NCBI GenBank assembly: GCA_963666345.1
Contig: OY762721.1
Coordinates: forward strand, 864,001-928,000
From: Desulfatiglandales bacterium
GTDB taxonomy: Bacteria; Desulfobacterota; DSM-4660; Desulfatiglandales; Desulfatiglandaceae
Direction of reading: 5' to 3'
DNA length: 64,000 bases
Part shown: positions 8,612 to 19,300 of the stretch, piece after piece
Position numbering within the stretch: position 1 is the first letter of the stretch
Layout: each line of letters starts with the position of its first letter
Notes under the pieces: generated by a model
Told to the model about the DNA's origin: nothing
What the model saw: only the letters and a program-made list of their open reading frames with translations
Databases searched by the model: none
Program-made: the position numbers and the translations under genes

Positions 8612-9676
8612 TCAGCAGGGGTGAACGATGTTTACATTCTCCTTTTTTATCAACGCATACAGATTCCCGCCCTTGCGCAGATCAAGGCTTTCGATTGCCC
8701 TGTTGCTCATGAGCGCGCTTATCTCTATGCCTTTTGCCTTCATATCGAGAATCGATGCCGGCCCCTCAGGCACCACGTGCCTAAGCGTTCCTTCCACCAC
8801 GTTAAATCCGTTATTATCGGAAGGCCTTCTTGTCGTAACGCTGATGTCTTCATAGCGTATGGCCACATCCACCTTTTCACCTTTTTCGGCCCGGTCAAGA
8901 CTCGTCAGATATATGCCTCCAACGTCTATCTTGCTTGCGTCCCCTTCGCAGGAGACGACTGTTCCGCTGAAAAATTCAGCCCCCACGAATTCTGCGACAA
9001 ATTTGGATTGCGGACGGCAGAACACCGACTTCATGGGCCCGAACTGAAGAAGCTTTCCCTTGGAGAAAACAGCCAGCTTATCGGCCAGTGCCCACGCGTC
9101 ATCGAGGTCGTGGGTTATGTGGATAACCGTTGTGGACCTTTCCCGGACGGCTTCCTTAAGCATTATACGGGCGCGCCGCCGCGTCTGCTGATCGAGCGCG
9201 GAAAAGGGCTCGTCCATGAGAAGGAGCTGCGGCTCCACTATGAGCACGCGGGCAAGTGCCGCCCTTTGCTGCTCGCCTCCCGACAGGGTCCCGGGTTTTC
9301 TGTGCAGGAGGTGATCGATATTAAGTGATTCGGCCATATCGCGTATGGCCTCCTCCATTCCATCCGGCCTGTGTTTTTTGAGCCCGTACGCGATGTTATC
9401 CCGCACGGTCATATGTGGAAGCAGGGCGTAATCCTGGTATACTATGCCGATATGCCGCTTTTCAGGCAGTTCGTCCGTGATGTCCCTGTCTTTCAGGAAA
9501 ATCCGCCCCCGGTCCGGATGCCAGAACCCCACAATGCTCTCGAGAAAAATGGTCTTACCCGCGCCGGTGGGACCTATGATGGTCAGATAATCCCCCCTGT
9601 CGAGTGAAAGCGAGACATCTTCAAGATTGAATTCGGGCAGTTTTATATTGAGATCTTCGACTTTAAAGAAGCTCAT
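8612..9676 (-). CDS. modC: Molybdate/tungstate ABC transporter ATP-binding protein with TOBE domains
   Basis: GPTGAGKT, LSGGEQQR, LLMDEPF, C-terminal TOBE-like repeats. Confidence 0.85.
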   Translation of the reverse strand: MSFFKVEDLNIKLPEFNLEDVSLSLDRGDYLTIIGPTGAGKTIFLESIVGFWHPDRGRIFLKDRDITDELPEKRHIGIVYQDYALLPHMTVRDNIAYGLKKHRPDGMEEAIRDMAESLNIDHLLHRKPGTLSGGEQQRAALARVLIVEPQLLLMDEPFSALDQQTRRRARIMLKEAVRERSTTVIHITHDLDDAWALADKLAVFSKGKLLQFGPMKSVFCRPQSKFVAEFVGAEFFSGTVVSCEGDASKIDVGGIYLTSLDRAEKGEKVDVAIRYEDISVTTRRPSDNNGFNVVEGTLRHVVPEGPASILDMKAKGIEISALMSNRAIESLDLRKGGNLYALIKKENVNIVHPC

Positions 9677-10455
9677 GCACGAACCTCCGCCCTCTCAAAG
9701 AAATAAATGGCCACAAAAGACACCGCCGTCAGGACGATACCGCTTGTAAGCGCCATGCCCATATTTCCGTAGGAGATATTGAGATACAAGGTCATGGGCA
9801 GCACTTCGGTCTTCATATAGGTCCCGCCTGCAAGTATCAGTACCGTTCCGAATGTGCCTATGCACCGGGCAAACGAGATCACCGTGGAGGCGAGAATTCC
9901 GTTTTTTGCAAGAGGCATGGACACGTGAAAAAATGTCTCCACCTGAGAGTAGCCCAGGCTGCGTGACACAAATTCCAGCCTCGGGTCGATATAGTCAAAT
10001 GTCGATTTCATGATGCGGCTGGCATAGGGAAGTGCCGTGAAAAACTGGGCCGCGACAACCCCCTGCTTTGTAAAGACAAAGTTAAGCCCGATTGCCTTGA
10101 AAAACTCGCCTACAAACGTATTTCCGAAAAGAAGCAGGAGGCAAAGCCCCAGCACAAGTTCCGGGAAGGCCATCGGCAGATCAAGGATCGTTTTCACAAA
10201 ACCTTTCAAGGGAAAGCTGAAACGGGAAAGTGAGTACCCGATCGGCAAGGCAAAAATCATCACAAGCAGGGTCGAGATTATCCCTGTAACCATGGAAAGC
10301 TTGAGAGAAAAACGCATCTCTTCGCTCCACAGGTTTTTCCATACATCGCTCAAGTCAGGCACCAGGAAAAGAGCCGCAATGGAAAAGACAAGCAGAAAGG
10401 TAACCAGCAGGGACAGCCCGACACAGCAGATATAAAATGCCCCTACTCTGCGCAA
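9673..10455 (-). CDS. modB: Molybdate/tungstate ABC transporter permease
   Basis: LDLPMAFPELVLGLCLLL, ISFARCIGTFG; multiple TM segments. Confidence 0.85.
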   Translation of the reverse strand: MRRVGAFYICCVGLSLLVTFLLVFSIAALFLVPDLSDVWKNLWSEEMRFSLKLSMVTGIISTLLVMIFALPIGYSLSRFSFPLKGFVKTILDLPMAFPELVLGLCLLLLFGNTFVGEFFKAIGLNFVFTKQGVVAAQFFTALPYASRIMKSTFDYIDPRLEFVSRSLGYSQVETFFHVSMPLAKNGILASTVISFARCIGTFGTVLILAGGTYMKTEVLPMTLYLNISYGNMGMALTSGIVLTAVSFVAIYFFERAEVRA

Positions 10456-11201
10456 GGTTTAAAACCCCATTTTTCCCAGACGGAAAGACCTTCGGCGGAT
10501 GCGATATAATCATTGAACTTTACGGCCAAGGCCTTGTTTTTCGCGCGGGTGCAGACAGCCGTCGGTATGGTCTTGATGATGTTTCTCTTTTTGTCTATGT
10601 CGATGACCTCGATTTTCCCTTTTGCCTCGGCCCAGCTGGTAAGATCATCCCATATGATGGCCGCGTCGACCTGGTTTAGCGCCACATAGATGAGCAACTG
10701 GTTGACCGTTGGGGCAAGGACCGTGATATTGGGCTGCACGTCTTTCCAGAGACCGGCCTTGGTGAGCATCTTTTTTGAAACCCTTCCTATGGCAGGGGCC
10801 TTGGGATCGCCTATGGAGACCCTGACGCCTTTCCTGGTGAGATCATCAAGACCCTTGATCTCGGCCGGATTTCCCTTGGGAACCGCAATCGATGGAAGAT
10901 GAAGGACCAATTTGCGGATCGTATCCTTTTCAATCCAGCCGTTTTTGAGCGCATCCATGGTGTATTTCTCGGCACCCGGAATAAGGACATCGCAGGGCTG
11001 GCCGGCGGCCACCATGCCGAAGATTTCCCCGGAGCTTCCGTAATGCACATCCACCTCGACGGAATGTTTTTTCTCGAAATTCTTCCGCATCTCCTCCATC
11101 GGTTTGATGAGGCCCGCACCGCTGAATACCATAAGATCGGCTGCAAGTGACGGAGCCGCAAATAACAGAACAGCAGTCGCAAATATCAAGATCCGTTTCA
11201 T
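10443..11201 (-). CDS. modA: Molybdate/tungstate-binding periplasmic protein
   Basis: Signal peptide, VFSGAGL, YGSSG, IGDPKAPAIG. Confidence 0.9.
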   Translation of the reverse strand: MKRILIFATAVLLFAAPSLAADLMVFSGAGLIKPMEEMRKNFEKKHSVEVDVHYGSSGEIFGMVAAGQPCDVLIPGAEKYTMDALKNGWIEKDTIRKLVLHLPSIAVPKGNPAEIKGLDDLTRKGVRVSIGDPKAPAIGRVSKKMLTKAGLWKDVQPNITVLAPTVNQLLIYVALNQVDAAIIWDDLTSWAEAKGKIEVIDIDKKRNIIKTIPTAVCTRAKNKALAVKFNDYIASAEGLSVWEKWGFKPCAE

Positions 11202-11287
11202 ATCCTAATCCTCCTTTAATTTTTGAAATCTTGAGACCAAAAACACACAGGGCCAAATCAGGCCGAACCTTTTATGGCGCGCCTGAC

Positions 11288-11382
11288 TTATGTCCCAGTT
11301 GATACAAATATAATCCAAAAAAAAGACCACAAATCAATAAGTTGGGCCAGTATTTCATAAGGTTATATCAGGTTGGAAATAA
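11288..11382. promoter_or_regulatory. Two ModE-like operator candidates upstream of modA
   Basis: TTATGTC-N6-GATACAA (11288-11307) and TTATATC-N6-GAAATAA (11363-11382). Confidence 0.45.
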
Positions 11383-11652
11383 AACACAGGAACCTGTTTT
11401 TGTCAAGTTTATTCAATAATCTATTATTATTATAATGATTATAGCATTTTTTATGACATAAGTTATTAATAAACCTCTAGATGCTATCAAATTGCATTGC
11501 ACGAAGCAAAATATGATCCCGACTCAACCTGCTGTTTTGATCCATTTCCATGAAAATCGAATTTGCCTCTGCCTCCTCATTACTATATGCTTGAACCTGT
11601 TTTTCACCTGCAAAAGACCGATAAGGAGTCAAACAGCGGAAGGAATGACCGT

Positions 11653-12969
11653 ATGAAAAAGGTGAAAAAGGAGGTGTGGGGTTGGGCCATGTACGACTGG
11701 GCCAACTCTGCCTTTGCCACAACCGTGATGGCGGGGTTTTTCCCGCTTTATTTCAAAAAATACCTGAGCTTCGGGGCCGATGTCACCGTCAGCACGGCCC
11801 AGCTTGGGTTCGGAAACTCCGTTTCAAGCCTCCTTGTTGCCCTGCTTGCCCCCCTTCTCGGGGCCGTCGCGGACAGGAGATCGGCAAGGAAGGCCTTCCT
11901 CCTTTTCTTTGCCTACCTCGGGGCACTCATGACATCCTGCCTGTTTCTTATCCAACAGGGTCAGTGGGTATGGGCCATATTCATATATGCCATGGGAAAT
12001 ATCGGTTTTTCAGGCGCAAACATATTCTACGATTCTCTGCTTCCTGAGGTTGCCTCGGAAAGCGATATCGATTTCGTATCAGGCCTCGGTTTCGGCATGG
12101 GTTATCTGGGAGGCGGAATCCTTTTTGCGGTAAATGTCTTTATGACCATGAAGCCCGCCCTGTTCGGTCTTTCAGGTGCGGCCCAGGCGGTAAGGTTTTC
12201 CTTTTTGAGTGTGGCCCTCTGGTGGGGGGGATTTACCCTCTTTACCCTCTTCTGGGTAAAGGAGGAGAAAAGGGAGCCTGCTGCACGCAGCCTTAAAAAG
12301 ACCTTTTCAGAGGGTCTTTCAGAACTTGTTGAAACATTCCGAAAGATCAGGGTGCTCAAAAAGGCCTTTTTGTTCCTTATCGCCTACTGGTTCTACATAG
12401 ACGGAGTGGATACCATAATAAAAATGGCGGTCGATTACGGCATGTCGATCGGATTTGACTCAAACGACCTTATCCTTGCGCTCCTGCTGGTCCAGTTCGT
12501 GGGCTTTCCCTCTGCCATCCTGTTCGGGAAACTGGGCCAGAGCTGGGGCATACAAAAGGGCATCTACCTTGCCATAGGGGTCTACATATTGGCCACCATC
12601 TGGGGCGCGATGATATCTCAAAGATATGAGTTCTACATACTGGCCATCATCATAGGCCTTGTTCAGGGGGGCATCCAGGCGCTCAGCCGCTCCTACTACT
12701 CAAGGCTCATACCGAAGGGCCAAACCGCCCAGTTTTTCGGTTTCTATAATATGCTGGGAAAATTTGCCGCCATCCTTGGTCCCGCCCTTATGGCGGCGGT
12801 GGCCCTTGCCGCAAGGACCATGCTCATGCCTCAATCCCCCTCCCCTTTAGAGATGACCGAAGCGGGAAGGCTTGCATCAAGACTCGGCATAGCGTCCATC
12901 TCCCTTCTTTTTATAATAGGCGGACTGCTCTTCCATGTTGCAGATAAGGCTCGAGCAGAAAGCCGATAG
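11653..12969 (+). CDS. MFS transporter, UMF1/Atg22-like family
   Basis: WAMYDWANSAF...QALSRSYYSRLIP...FFGFYNMLGKFAAILGP; about 12 TM segments. Confidence 0.85.
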   Translation: MKKVKKEVWGWAMYDWANSAFATTVMAGFFPLYFKKYLSFGADVTVSTAQLGFGNSVSSLLVALLAPLLGAVADRRSARKAFLLFFAYLGALMTSCLFLIQQGQWVWAIFIYAMGNIGFSGANIFYDSLLPEVASESDIDFVSGLGFGMGYLGGGILFAVNVFMTMKPALFGLSGAAQAVRFSFLSVALWWGGFTLFTLFWVKEEKREPAARSLKKTFSEGLSELVETFRKIRVLKKAFLFLIAYWFYIDGVDTIIKMAVDYGMSIGFDSNDLILALLLVQFVGFPSAILFGKLGQSWGIQKGIYLAIGVYILATIWGAMISQRYEFYILAIIIGLVQGGIQALSRSYYSRLIPKGQTAQFFGFYNMLGKFAAILGPALMAAVALAARTMLMPQSPSPLEMTEAGRLASRLGIASISLLFIIGGLLFHVADKARAESR

Positions 12970-13006
12970 CCGGCAGTCCGTGAAACAGGGGGGGGCACTT
13001 TCTTCA

Positions 13007-13035
13007 TTGACAGGCAACCGGGCCTATCCTATACT
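13007..13035 (+). promoter_or_regulatory. Sigma70 promoter of the amino-acid ABC operon
   Basis: TTGACA, 17 bp, TATACT. Confidence 0.65.
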
Positions 13036-13099
13036 CACGAGGCTTAAGTCTGGATTTGCGTGATTTTCAAAATAGATGGGATGAAAGGAGAGTTTTCTT

Positions 13100-13864
13100 A
13101 TGGGAAAAAGGATTTTCTGGGGGATTGCATCTTTATTGTTGTTGGTTTCCGTCTTTGCCGTAACTCCCGCCGCATTTGCAGGGGAAAAGGTCTACATAAA
13201 CGGTATTGACGCCAACTTCCCACCCTTTGCCTATGTCAACAAGAACGGAGTGGCGGATGGCTTTGATGTTAAAGCGGTAGACTGGATCGCCAAGGAGATG
13301 GGATTCAAGGTAAAACACAAACCTATTGACTGGGACGGCATCATTGCGAGCCTCATGGCAAAAAAGATCGACCTCATAGCTGCAGGCTTGAGCATGAACG
13401 AAAAGAGAAAACAACAGGTAAATTTCACCAATCCCTACTGGAGGATCAAACAGGTCCTGGTGGCGCCTGTAAAAGACACCAAGACCGTGGACGAACTTCT
13501 CAGCAGCGGCAACAAGGTGGGTGTGCAGAGGGGCACGACAGAGGCCAAATGGATAAATGAAAATCTCATCAAGAAGGCCAAGAAAGACTTCAAGCTGATC
13601 TACTACGATTCAGCCCCGCTCGCGGTTGAAGACATTTTAAACGGCCGCATAGTCGCAGCCGCCATGGACGATGCCCCCGCCAATGACGCGGCAAGGAAAA
13701 AACCTGTAAGAGTAGTGGGTACATTCGGCATGAAAGAGGAAAACTTCGGATATGCCGTGAGAAAACAGGACAAGGAATTCCTGGCCACCCTCAACGAAGG
13801 TCTCAAAAGACTTCAGGCATCACCCTACTGGGAAGAACTCAAGACGAAATATGAGCTCAAATAG
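13100..13864 (+). CDS. Polar amino-acid ABC transporter substrate-binding protein
   Basis: Signal peptide, DANFPPF, GFDV, GVQRGTT (SBP family 3). Confidence 0.9.
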   Translation: MGKRIFWGIASLLLLVSVFAVTPAAFAGEKVYINGIDANFPPFAYVNKNGVADGFDVKAVDWIAKEMGFKVKHKPIDWDGIIASLMAKKIDLIAAGLSMNEKRKQQVNFTNPYWRIKQVLVAPVKDTKTVDELLSSGNKVGVQRGTTEAKWINENLIKKAKKDFKLIYYDSAPLAVEDILNGRIVAAAMDDAPANDAARKKPVRVVGTFGMKEENFGYAVRKQDKEFLATLNEGLKRLQASPYWEELKTKYELK

Positions 13865-13893
13865 GTTTGCGCTCTTAAATTAAGTTGCATATC

Positions 13894-13924
13894 GAAGGCA
13901 TCAGGATATTCTTCTGATGCCTTC
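13894..13924 (+). terminator. Intercistronic hairpin after the binding-protein gene
   Basis: gaaggcatcag-gatattctt-ctgatgccttc followed by a T-rich run. Confidence 0.6.
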
Positions 13925-13968
13925 CCGTTTTGTGAAATGGGTTATCTTACTTTTTTTATTGAAAAGGC

Positions 13969-14637
13969 ATGACAGATCAATTTGTAGCCATCTTAGACGC
14001 CCTTCCCAGCATACTCCAGGGCTCGCTCGTGACCATAGGAGTGGTTGTGGGCGCCATGCTGCTCGGTCTGATACTGGGTATAATCATTGCCGTGGCACAG
14101 GTATATGGAAACAGGGTCTTAAGATTCATTGTAGCAATCTACATCTGGTTTTTCCGCGGCATACCGCTTCTGGTACTCCTGTTTCTGTTCTACTTCGGGC
14201 TGTTCTCATTTCTCAATATCAATCTGTCCGCCTTCACCGTGGCGGTAATCGTGCTCGGGCTCATAAGCGCCGCATACCAGTCCCAGATATTCAGAGGATC
14301 CATTCAATCACTGCCCGAAGGCCAGCTCAAGGCGGCAAGGGCTCTGGGGATGAGCGACAGGAAGGCCATCCTGAACATAATACTTCCCCAGGCACTGCGC
14401 CTTTCAATACCGGGCTGGTCCAATGAATACTCAATCGTCTTAAAGGACTCGGCGGTAGTCTATGTCGTGGGTGTCGCCGAAATCATGGCCCGGGCGCACT
14501 TTGTGGCGACCAGGACCTATCAGCATCTGCCCCTGTATTTTACGGCTGGACTGATCTTCCTCTGCCTTACCTTTATCGGAACAAAAGCGCTCAGGATATT
14601 CGAGGAAAAGGTCAGGATTCCCGGATACACAAGATAA
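13969..14637 (+). CDS. Amino-acid ABC transporter permease
   Basis: FFRGIPLLV, EAA-like GQLKAARALG. Confidence 0.9.
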   Translation: MTDQFVAILDALPSILQGSLVTIGVVVGAMLLGLILGIIIAVAQVYGNRVLRFIVAIYIWFFRGIPLLVLLFLFYFGLFSFLNINLSAFTVAVIVLGLISAAYQSQIFRGSIQSLPEGQLKAARALGMSDRKAILNIILPQALRLSIPGWSNEYSIVLKDSAVVYVVGVAEIMARAHFVATRTYQHLPLYFTAGLIFLCLTFIGTKALRIFEEKVRIPGYTR

Positions 14638-14639
14638 GG

Positions 14640-15413
14640 ATGTCTCTTATGGGAGAAAACAACACCCTCTTAAGGGTGGAAAACATCTCAAAACGATACG
14701 GCCGAAAAGAGGTCCTCAAAGGGGCGTCCCTTTCAATAAACGAAGGGGAGATCAAGCTGCTCGTGGGGCCTTCAGGCGGAGGAAAGAGCACTCTTCTTCA
14801 GTGCATAAACTTTCTCGTGACCCCTGATGAGGGTCGCATATGGCTGGACGGCGAGGAGATAATACATACCCGCAAAAGCGAGCTCTATGAATACAGGCAG
14901 AAGGTTGGAATGATATTCCAGGATTTCAATCTCTTTGATCACCTCACCGCTCTAAAAAACGTCATGATAGCCCTTATAAGGGTAAAGGGGTGGAGCAAGG
15001 AAGAGGCAAGGGAGCGGGCCGTAATGGAGCTTGAAAGGGTAGGGCTGAAGGAGCATGTGCACAAATACCCGGCACAGCTGTCTGGCGGCCAGAAACAGCG
15101 GGTCTCCATTGCCAGGGCCCTTGCCATGGACCCGGCCATCATGCTGCTTGACGAGCCCACTTCGGCCCTTGACCCGGAACTGATAACAGAGGTCCTTGCC
15201 GTCATTAGGGATCTTGGGAAAAACGGGATGACCATGATACTGGCCACCCATCAGATTGGATTTGCAATCGACATGTCGGACGAACTCATCTTCATGGAAG
15301 ACGGGGTAATCGTGGAATCGGGGCCGCCCGCCAAGATACTTTCTCAGGCCGACCGAAAAAGGACAAGAGAGTTCTGCCGTAAACTTGCAGACCTCTATGG
15401 AGATTCATTTTGA
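14640..15413 (+). CDS. Amino-acid ABC transporter ATP-binding protein
   Basis: GPSGGGKST, LSGGQKQR, LLDEPTSALDPE. Confidence 0.9.
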   Translation: MSLMGENNTLLRVENISKRYGRKEVLKGASLSINEGEIKLLVGPSGGGKSTLLQCINFLVTPDEGRIWLDGEEIIHTRKSELYEYRQKVGMIFQDFNLFDHLTALKNVMIALIRVKGWSKEEARERAVMELERVGLKEHVHKYPAQLSGGQKQRVSIARALAMDPAIMLLDEPTSALDPELITEVLAVIRDLGKNGMTMILATHQIGFAIDMSDELIFMEDGVIVESGPPAKILSQADRKRTREFCRKLADLYGDSF

Positions 15414-15414
15414 C

Positions 15415-16080
15415 ATGCAGGAATTGATCTTCATACAGCAGGAGGTCATACCCTCCCTCATGCGGGGGCTTGTCGTCAGCATAAGGCTGATAATCCCCTC
15501 GGCCTTCATGGGCCTTGCCGTGGGCGTGTGTATCGGTGCCGCGAGGGTATACGGAAATCCCGCCCTCAAGAGGACAGCCGACTTCTATGTCGCCATATTC
15601 AGGGGATTTCCGCTGGTGGTACAGCTCTTTATCTGGTATTTCGGCCTTCCCCACATAGGGATCTACCTGAGCCCTTTCTGGGCCTCGGTCATGGGATTTT
15701 CCCTTTGCAGCAGCGCCTATCACTCCGAATATGTCCGGGGGGCGTTTCTGTCCATAAAAAGAGGGCAGATGCTGGCGGCCCAGGCGCTCGGCTTTTCAAA
15801 GCTTCGCATGATCGGTTCCATAATGCTCCCGCAGGCATTCAGAAAGGCCCTTCCCGGTTGCGGAAACGAGATCATCTATCTCATAAAATATTCCTCCCTC
15901 GCCTATATGGTCACCTGCATCGAGCTAACCGGAGAGGGTAAGATCATAGCCTCTGAGACCTTTAAATACACCGAGATATTCTTTATTGTAGGGATAGTCT
16001 ATCTTCTTTTGACCACGGTCGCCACCTGGATTCTCAACAGGCTGGAATCTTCAATTCGACTGCCCGGTTTTAATCACTAG
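15415..16080 (+). CDS. Amino-acid ABC transporter permease
   Basis: IFRGFPLVVQL, GQMLAAQALG. Confidence 0.9.
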   Translation: MQELIFIQQEVIPSLMRGLVVSIRLIIPSAFMGLAVGVCIGAARVYGNPALKRTADFYVAIFRGFPLVVQLFIWYFGLPHIGIYLSPFWASVMGFSLCSSAYHSEYVRGAFLSIKRGQMLAAQALGFSKLRMIGSIMLPQAFRKALPGCGNEIIYLIKYSSLAYMVTCIELTGEGKIIASETFKYTEIFFIVGIVYLLLTTVATWILNRLESSIRLPGFNH

Positions 16081-16107
16081 ATCATGCGGATCTAAGGGTT
16101 CGGACAA

Positions 16108-17514
16108 ATGCAGACAAAAAAACCGATGCATGCCTATTCTCCTGTTACCCCGTATATCGCCCGCGAGATAGAGGCGGCGGTTGCACCCGCACGCGTCATA
16201 AGGGGCAGGGAAAGGCTTGCGGAACTGGGCAGGGACTCGGGTGAGATCGATCATCCGCCTGAACTCGCAGTAGAGGCCACATCCACTGAACAGGTACAGG
16301 CCCTTTTGCGGCTTGCCTGCAAGTACAGGTTCCCCGTAACCCCGAGGGGATCGGGAACAGGGCTTGCAGGGGGATCGGTCCCTGTGTCAGGCGGAGTGGT
16401 CCTTTCTCTGGCCGGGATGAACAGGATACTTTCAATCCAGGAAGACAACCTCATTGCCGTGGTTGAGCCGGGGGTAATAAACCTTGACCTCAAAAACAGG
16501 ACAAGGGAAAAGGGCCTGTTCTATCCGCCCGATCCTGTGAGCCTTGACACATCATCGGTGGGGGGAAACGCGGCCACCAACGCGGGCGGGCCTTCATGCA
16601 TAAAATACGGCACTACGAAGGATTACATCCTGGGTCTTGAGGCGGTGCTGGCATCGGGTGAGATAATAGAGGCGGGCGTTCAGACCAGAAAAGGCGTGGT
16701 CGGCTATGATCTGGTGCATCTGCTGGCAGGCTCGGAAGGGACCCTGGGGGTCATAACCAAGCTCATCTTAAACCTCATCCCTCATCCCAAGTCGATAAAC
16801 ACCATGGTCGCGCTGTTTCCAAGGATCACATCCGCGATGGAGGCGATACAGTCAACCCTTGCGGGCGGTCATGTGCCGTGCGCAATGGAGTTCATGGACC
16901 GCAGGTGCCTTGATCTTGTAGGAGACCTTCTTCCCTTTGAAGGCCTGGATCAGGCAGACACCTTTCTCCTGGTTGAAATCGACGGTCACCCGGAATCCCT
17001 TGTCAGGCAGATGGAAGAGATAGGCGAAATCCTCATGGACTCAGGCGCGCTGAATGTCCTGATGGCCCCTGATTCACAGAAAAGGTCCAGGATGTGGGAC
17101 ATAAGAAGAGAGGTGTCTATCCGCATAGAGAATGACTCGCCCATCTGGATCCCTGAAGATATAGTGGTGCCTATCGGAAAGATAGCCGATCTGGTGGCAT
17201 GCCTTCCAGGCTTTGAAAGGCAATACGGGATCAAGATCTATTCTTTCGGCCATGCGGGCGACGGTAACATCCATCTCAACATAACGGCCAGGGATACCTC
17301 CAGGAGAAAAAAAGTGGAAAGCGGTATAAGGGAGATAATCAAACAGGTGCTTTTAATGGGCGGCACCATGTCGGGTGAACATGGCATAGGCATCGTCAAA
17401 AGAGATCTTATTTCTCTTGAGCTTTCTTCCGAAAGCATAAGGATACAGAAGGGGATAAAAAAACTCTTCGATCCCCTTATGATTCTCAACCCGGGAAAGA
17501 TTTTTGAAACCTAA
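16108..17514 (+). CDS. FAD-linked oxidase, GlcD/D-lactate dehydrogenase family
   Basis: PRGSGTGLAGG, FYPPDP, GHAGDGNIH, SGEHGIG, DPLMILNPGKIF. Confidence 0.9.
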   Translation: MQTKKPMHAYSPVTPYIAREIEAAVAPARVIRGRERLAELGRDSGEIDHPPELAVEATSTEQVQALLRLACKYRFPVTPRGSGTGLAGGSVPVSGGVVLSLAGMNRILSIQEDNLIAVVEPGVINLDLKNRTREKGLFYPPDPVSLDTSSVGGNAATNAGGPSCIKYGTTKDYILGLEAVLASGEIIEAGVQTRKGVVGYDLVHLLAGSEGTLGVITKLILNLIPHPKSINTMVALFPRITSAMEAIQSTLAGGHVPCAMEFMDRRCLDLVGDLLPFEGLDQADTFLLVEIDGHPESLVRQMEEIGEILMDSGALNVLMAPDSQKRSRMWDIRREVSIRIENDSPIWIPEDIVVPIGKIADLVACLPGFERQYGIKIYSFGHAGDGNIHLNITARDTSRRKKVESGIREIIKQVLLMGGTMSGEHGIGIVKRDLISLELSSESIRIQKGIKKLFDPLMILNPGKIFET

Positions 17515-17549
17515 TGGGCTGTCGAAAAACTGTAACCCGCTAAAATTTC

Positions 17550-18905
17550 ATGGGGCGTTTCATGCGTGAAAAAAACCCCGAGGGATATTACGTATATTAC
17601 GGACCCAAAAGGCAATATTTCAACCTGCCGTATGGCTGGAAGGTATTAAAAAACAGCACGGTCGACAAATTGAACGCGGATCTTCCTCCTGTGGAGGAGC
17701 TTGTACAAAGTGCTCTTCTTTCTCCCACCTCATCGGCCAGGCTGAAAGACATGGTCAATAATGAAACGAAGATCGTCGTAATTGTGGATGACGGCACCCG
17801 CTCCACGCCTGTTTCAAGGATTTTGCCCATAGTCCTGAGCGAGCTTGAAAAAGGCGGCGCAGACAGAGACAACATAGATATCCTCATAGCCCTCGGCACT
17901 CACAGAATGATGGATAAAGACGACGCTGTCCAGCGGATAGGTAAGGATATCCATGACACCTGCAGGATAAATCAACACGACTGCCGGGCGGACGATCTGG
18001 TATCCGTGGGCAGGCTTTCGACAGGAGGACAGACAAAGATAAACCCCCTGGTTGCAAACGCCGATGTCAAGATCGCCATAGGCTCGATTCTCCCCCATGT
18101 AATGAACGGTTTCGGGGGAGGGGCAAAGCTTATAATGCCCGGGGTAAGCAATTATGAAGCCATAAGGGAACATCACCTCAATTTCACACCTGACCCGAAT
18201 TGTTATATAGGAAATCTCAAATCCAACCCCTTCTACCTGGAGGTGGTAAGGGTGGCCGAGGCGGCTGGCCTCGATTTCATCATAAACTGCGTGTACGACT
18301 CACTCGAACAGATCGAGCATGTAGTCGCCGGAAGTCTCAAAGAGGCACACGGAAAAGGGGTCGAATTGAGCATGAAAAACTATGCCTTCACCCTTGATCA
18401 GGAGGCCGATATAACCATTACATCAGCCTTTCCCTACAATGAAGGCCCCCAGATAATAAAACCCCTGGTGCCTGCGGCGCTTCTTGCGACAAAACCGGGC
18501 GGCTCCGTCATAATGACCGCTACATGCAGGGAGGACATACCTGAAGGCATGCTGAGCGCCTTTGACAGGGTCTACAGGCAAAATCCTCCACACGCGGGAT
18601 TGTATGCAAGGGAGACCTTCAGGCGGGACCGGCTCTTTATTGAAGGGGCGATTGATTTCAACTGCGCCATATATTTTGCCCTTGTCTGTGCCGCCAGGAA
18701 CAGGATCACGGTCGTAAGCAGGGATCTCAAGAGTCAGGGAATCGAAAGAATGGGTTTCACCTATGCCGAAAGCCTTGAAGAGGCCCTGGAGGATGAAGCA
18801 GCAAGGGTACCGGACGCCGGTGTCAACATCTTTCCGGTGGGCGGGCTTACGCTTCCTCTGAAAGGGGGCCCGCCCGATCTGTTCGCCACGGCGGAAACGA
18901 CCTGA
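17550..18905 (+). CDS. larA: Nickel-pincer-dependent lactate racemase family protein (LarA homolog)
   Basis: DDGTRSTP, ALGTHR, PHVMNGFGGGAKLIMPGVS, IREHH motifs. Confidence 0.8.
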   Translation: MGRFMREKNPEGYYVYYGPKRQYFNLPYGWKVLKNSTVDKLNADLPPVEELVQSALLSPTSSARLKDMVNNETKIVVIVDDGTRSTPVSRILPIVLSELEKGGADRDNIDILIALGTHRMMDKDDAVQRIGKDIHDTCRINQHDCRADDLVSVGRLSTGGQTKINPLVANADVKIAIGSILPHVMNGFGGGAKLIMPGVSNYEAIREHHLNFTPDPNCYIGNLKSNPFYLEVVRVAEAAGLDFIINCVYDSLEQIEHVVAGSLKEAHGKGVELSMKNYAFTLDQEADITITSAFPYNEGPQIIKPLVPAALLATKPGGSVIMTATCREDIPEGMLSAFDRVYRQNPPHAGLYARETFRRDRLFIEGAIDFNCAIYFALVCAARNRITVVSRDLKSQGIERMGFTYAESLEEALEDEAARVPDAGVNIFPVGGLTLPLKGGPPDLFATAETT

Positions 18906-19300
18906 AACATATAATAACCATGGCTTGCCTAAATTAAACTTTTCCATTTTCATTAGCTTATCGCTGTTGTTTTCATATTCAAATAAAACATAGCGTATGA
19001 TCATCAATTTAATTCCGGCTCGACATGAAATTATGTTTACAATAGCATTTTTTTTGGAATATATTCCTTGGGTATTAACCGCTATCAAAATTGACGACCT
19101 TGGCGTTTCTGTGCAAAAAAACGGAATCTTCGCTTCCCGCTGCTCACCTTTCGCTAATAATTCTCAAACGGACCGGTGCAGAAAACGCCATTACCAGGAA
19201 TTTCGCATATCATTGATGCCTCAAAGGCAGCTGTAGTTTTTTTTGTCATGGTTATGGCGATCCGCGCCTATCGTAAAAACAATCATAGGGAGGTAAAAAA

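Noticed and set aside
12988..12995. G8 tract as a phase-variation switch
   Set aside because: Short and outside the -35/-10 spacer; no evidence of length variation.
19100..19116. Sigma54 promoter before dctP (TGGCGT...TGCA)
   Set aside because: GG-to-GC spacing is 9 rather than the required 10.
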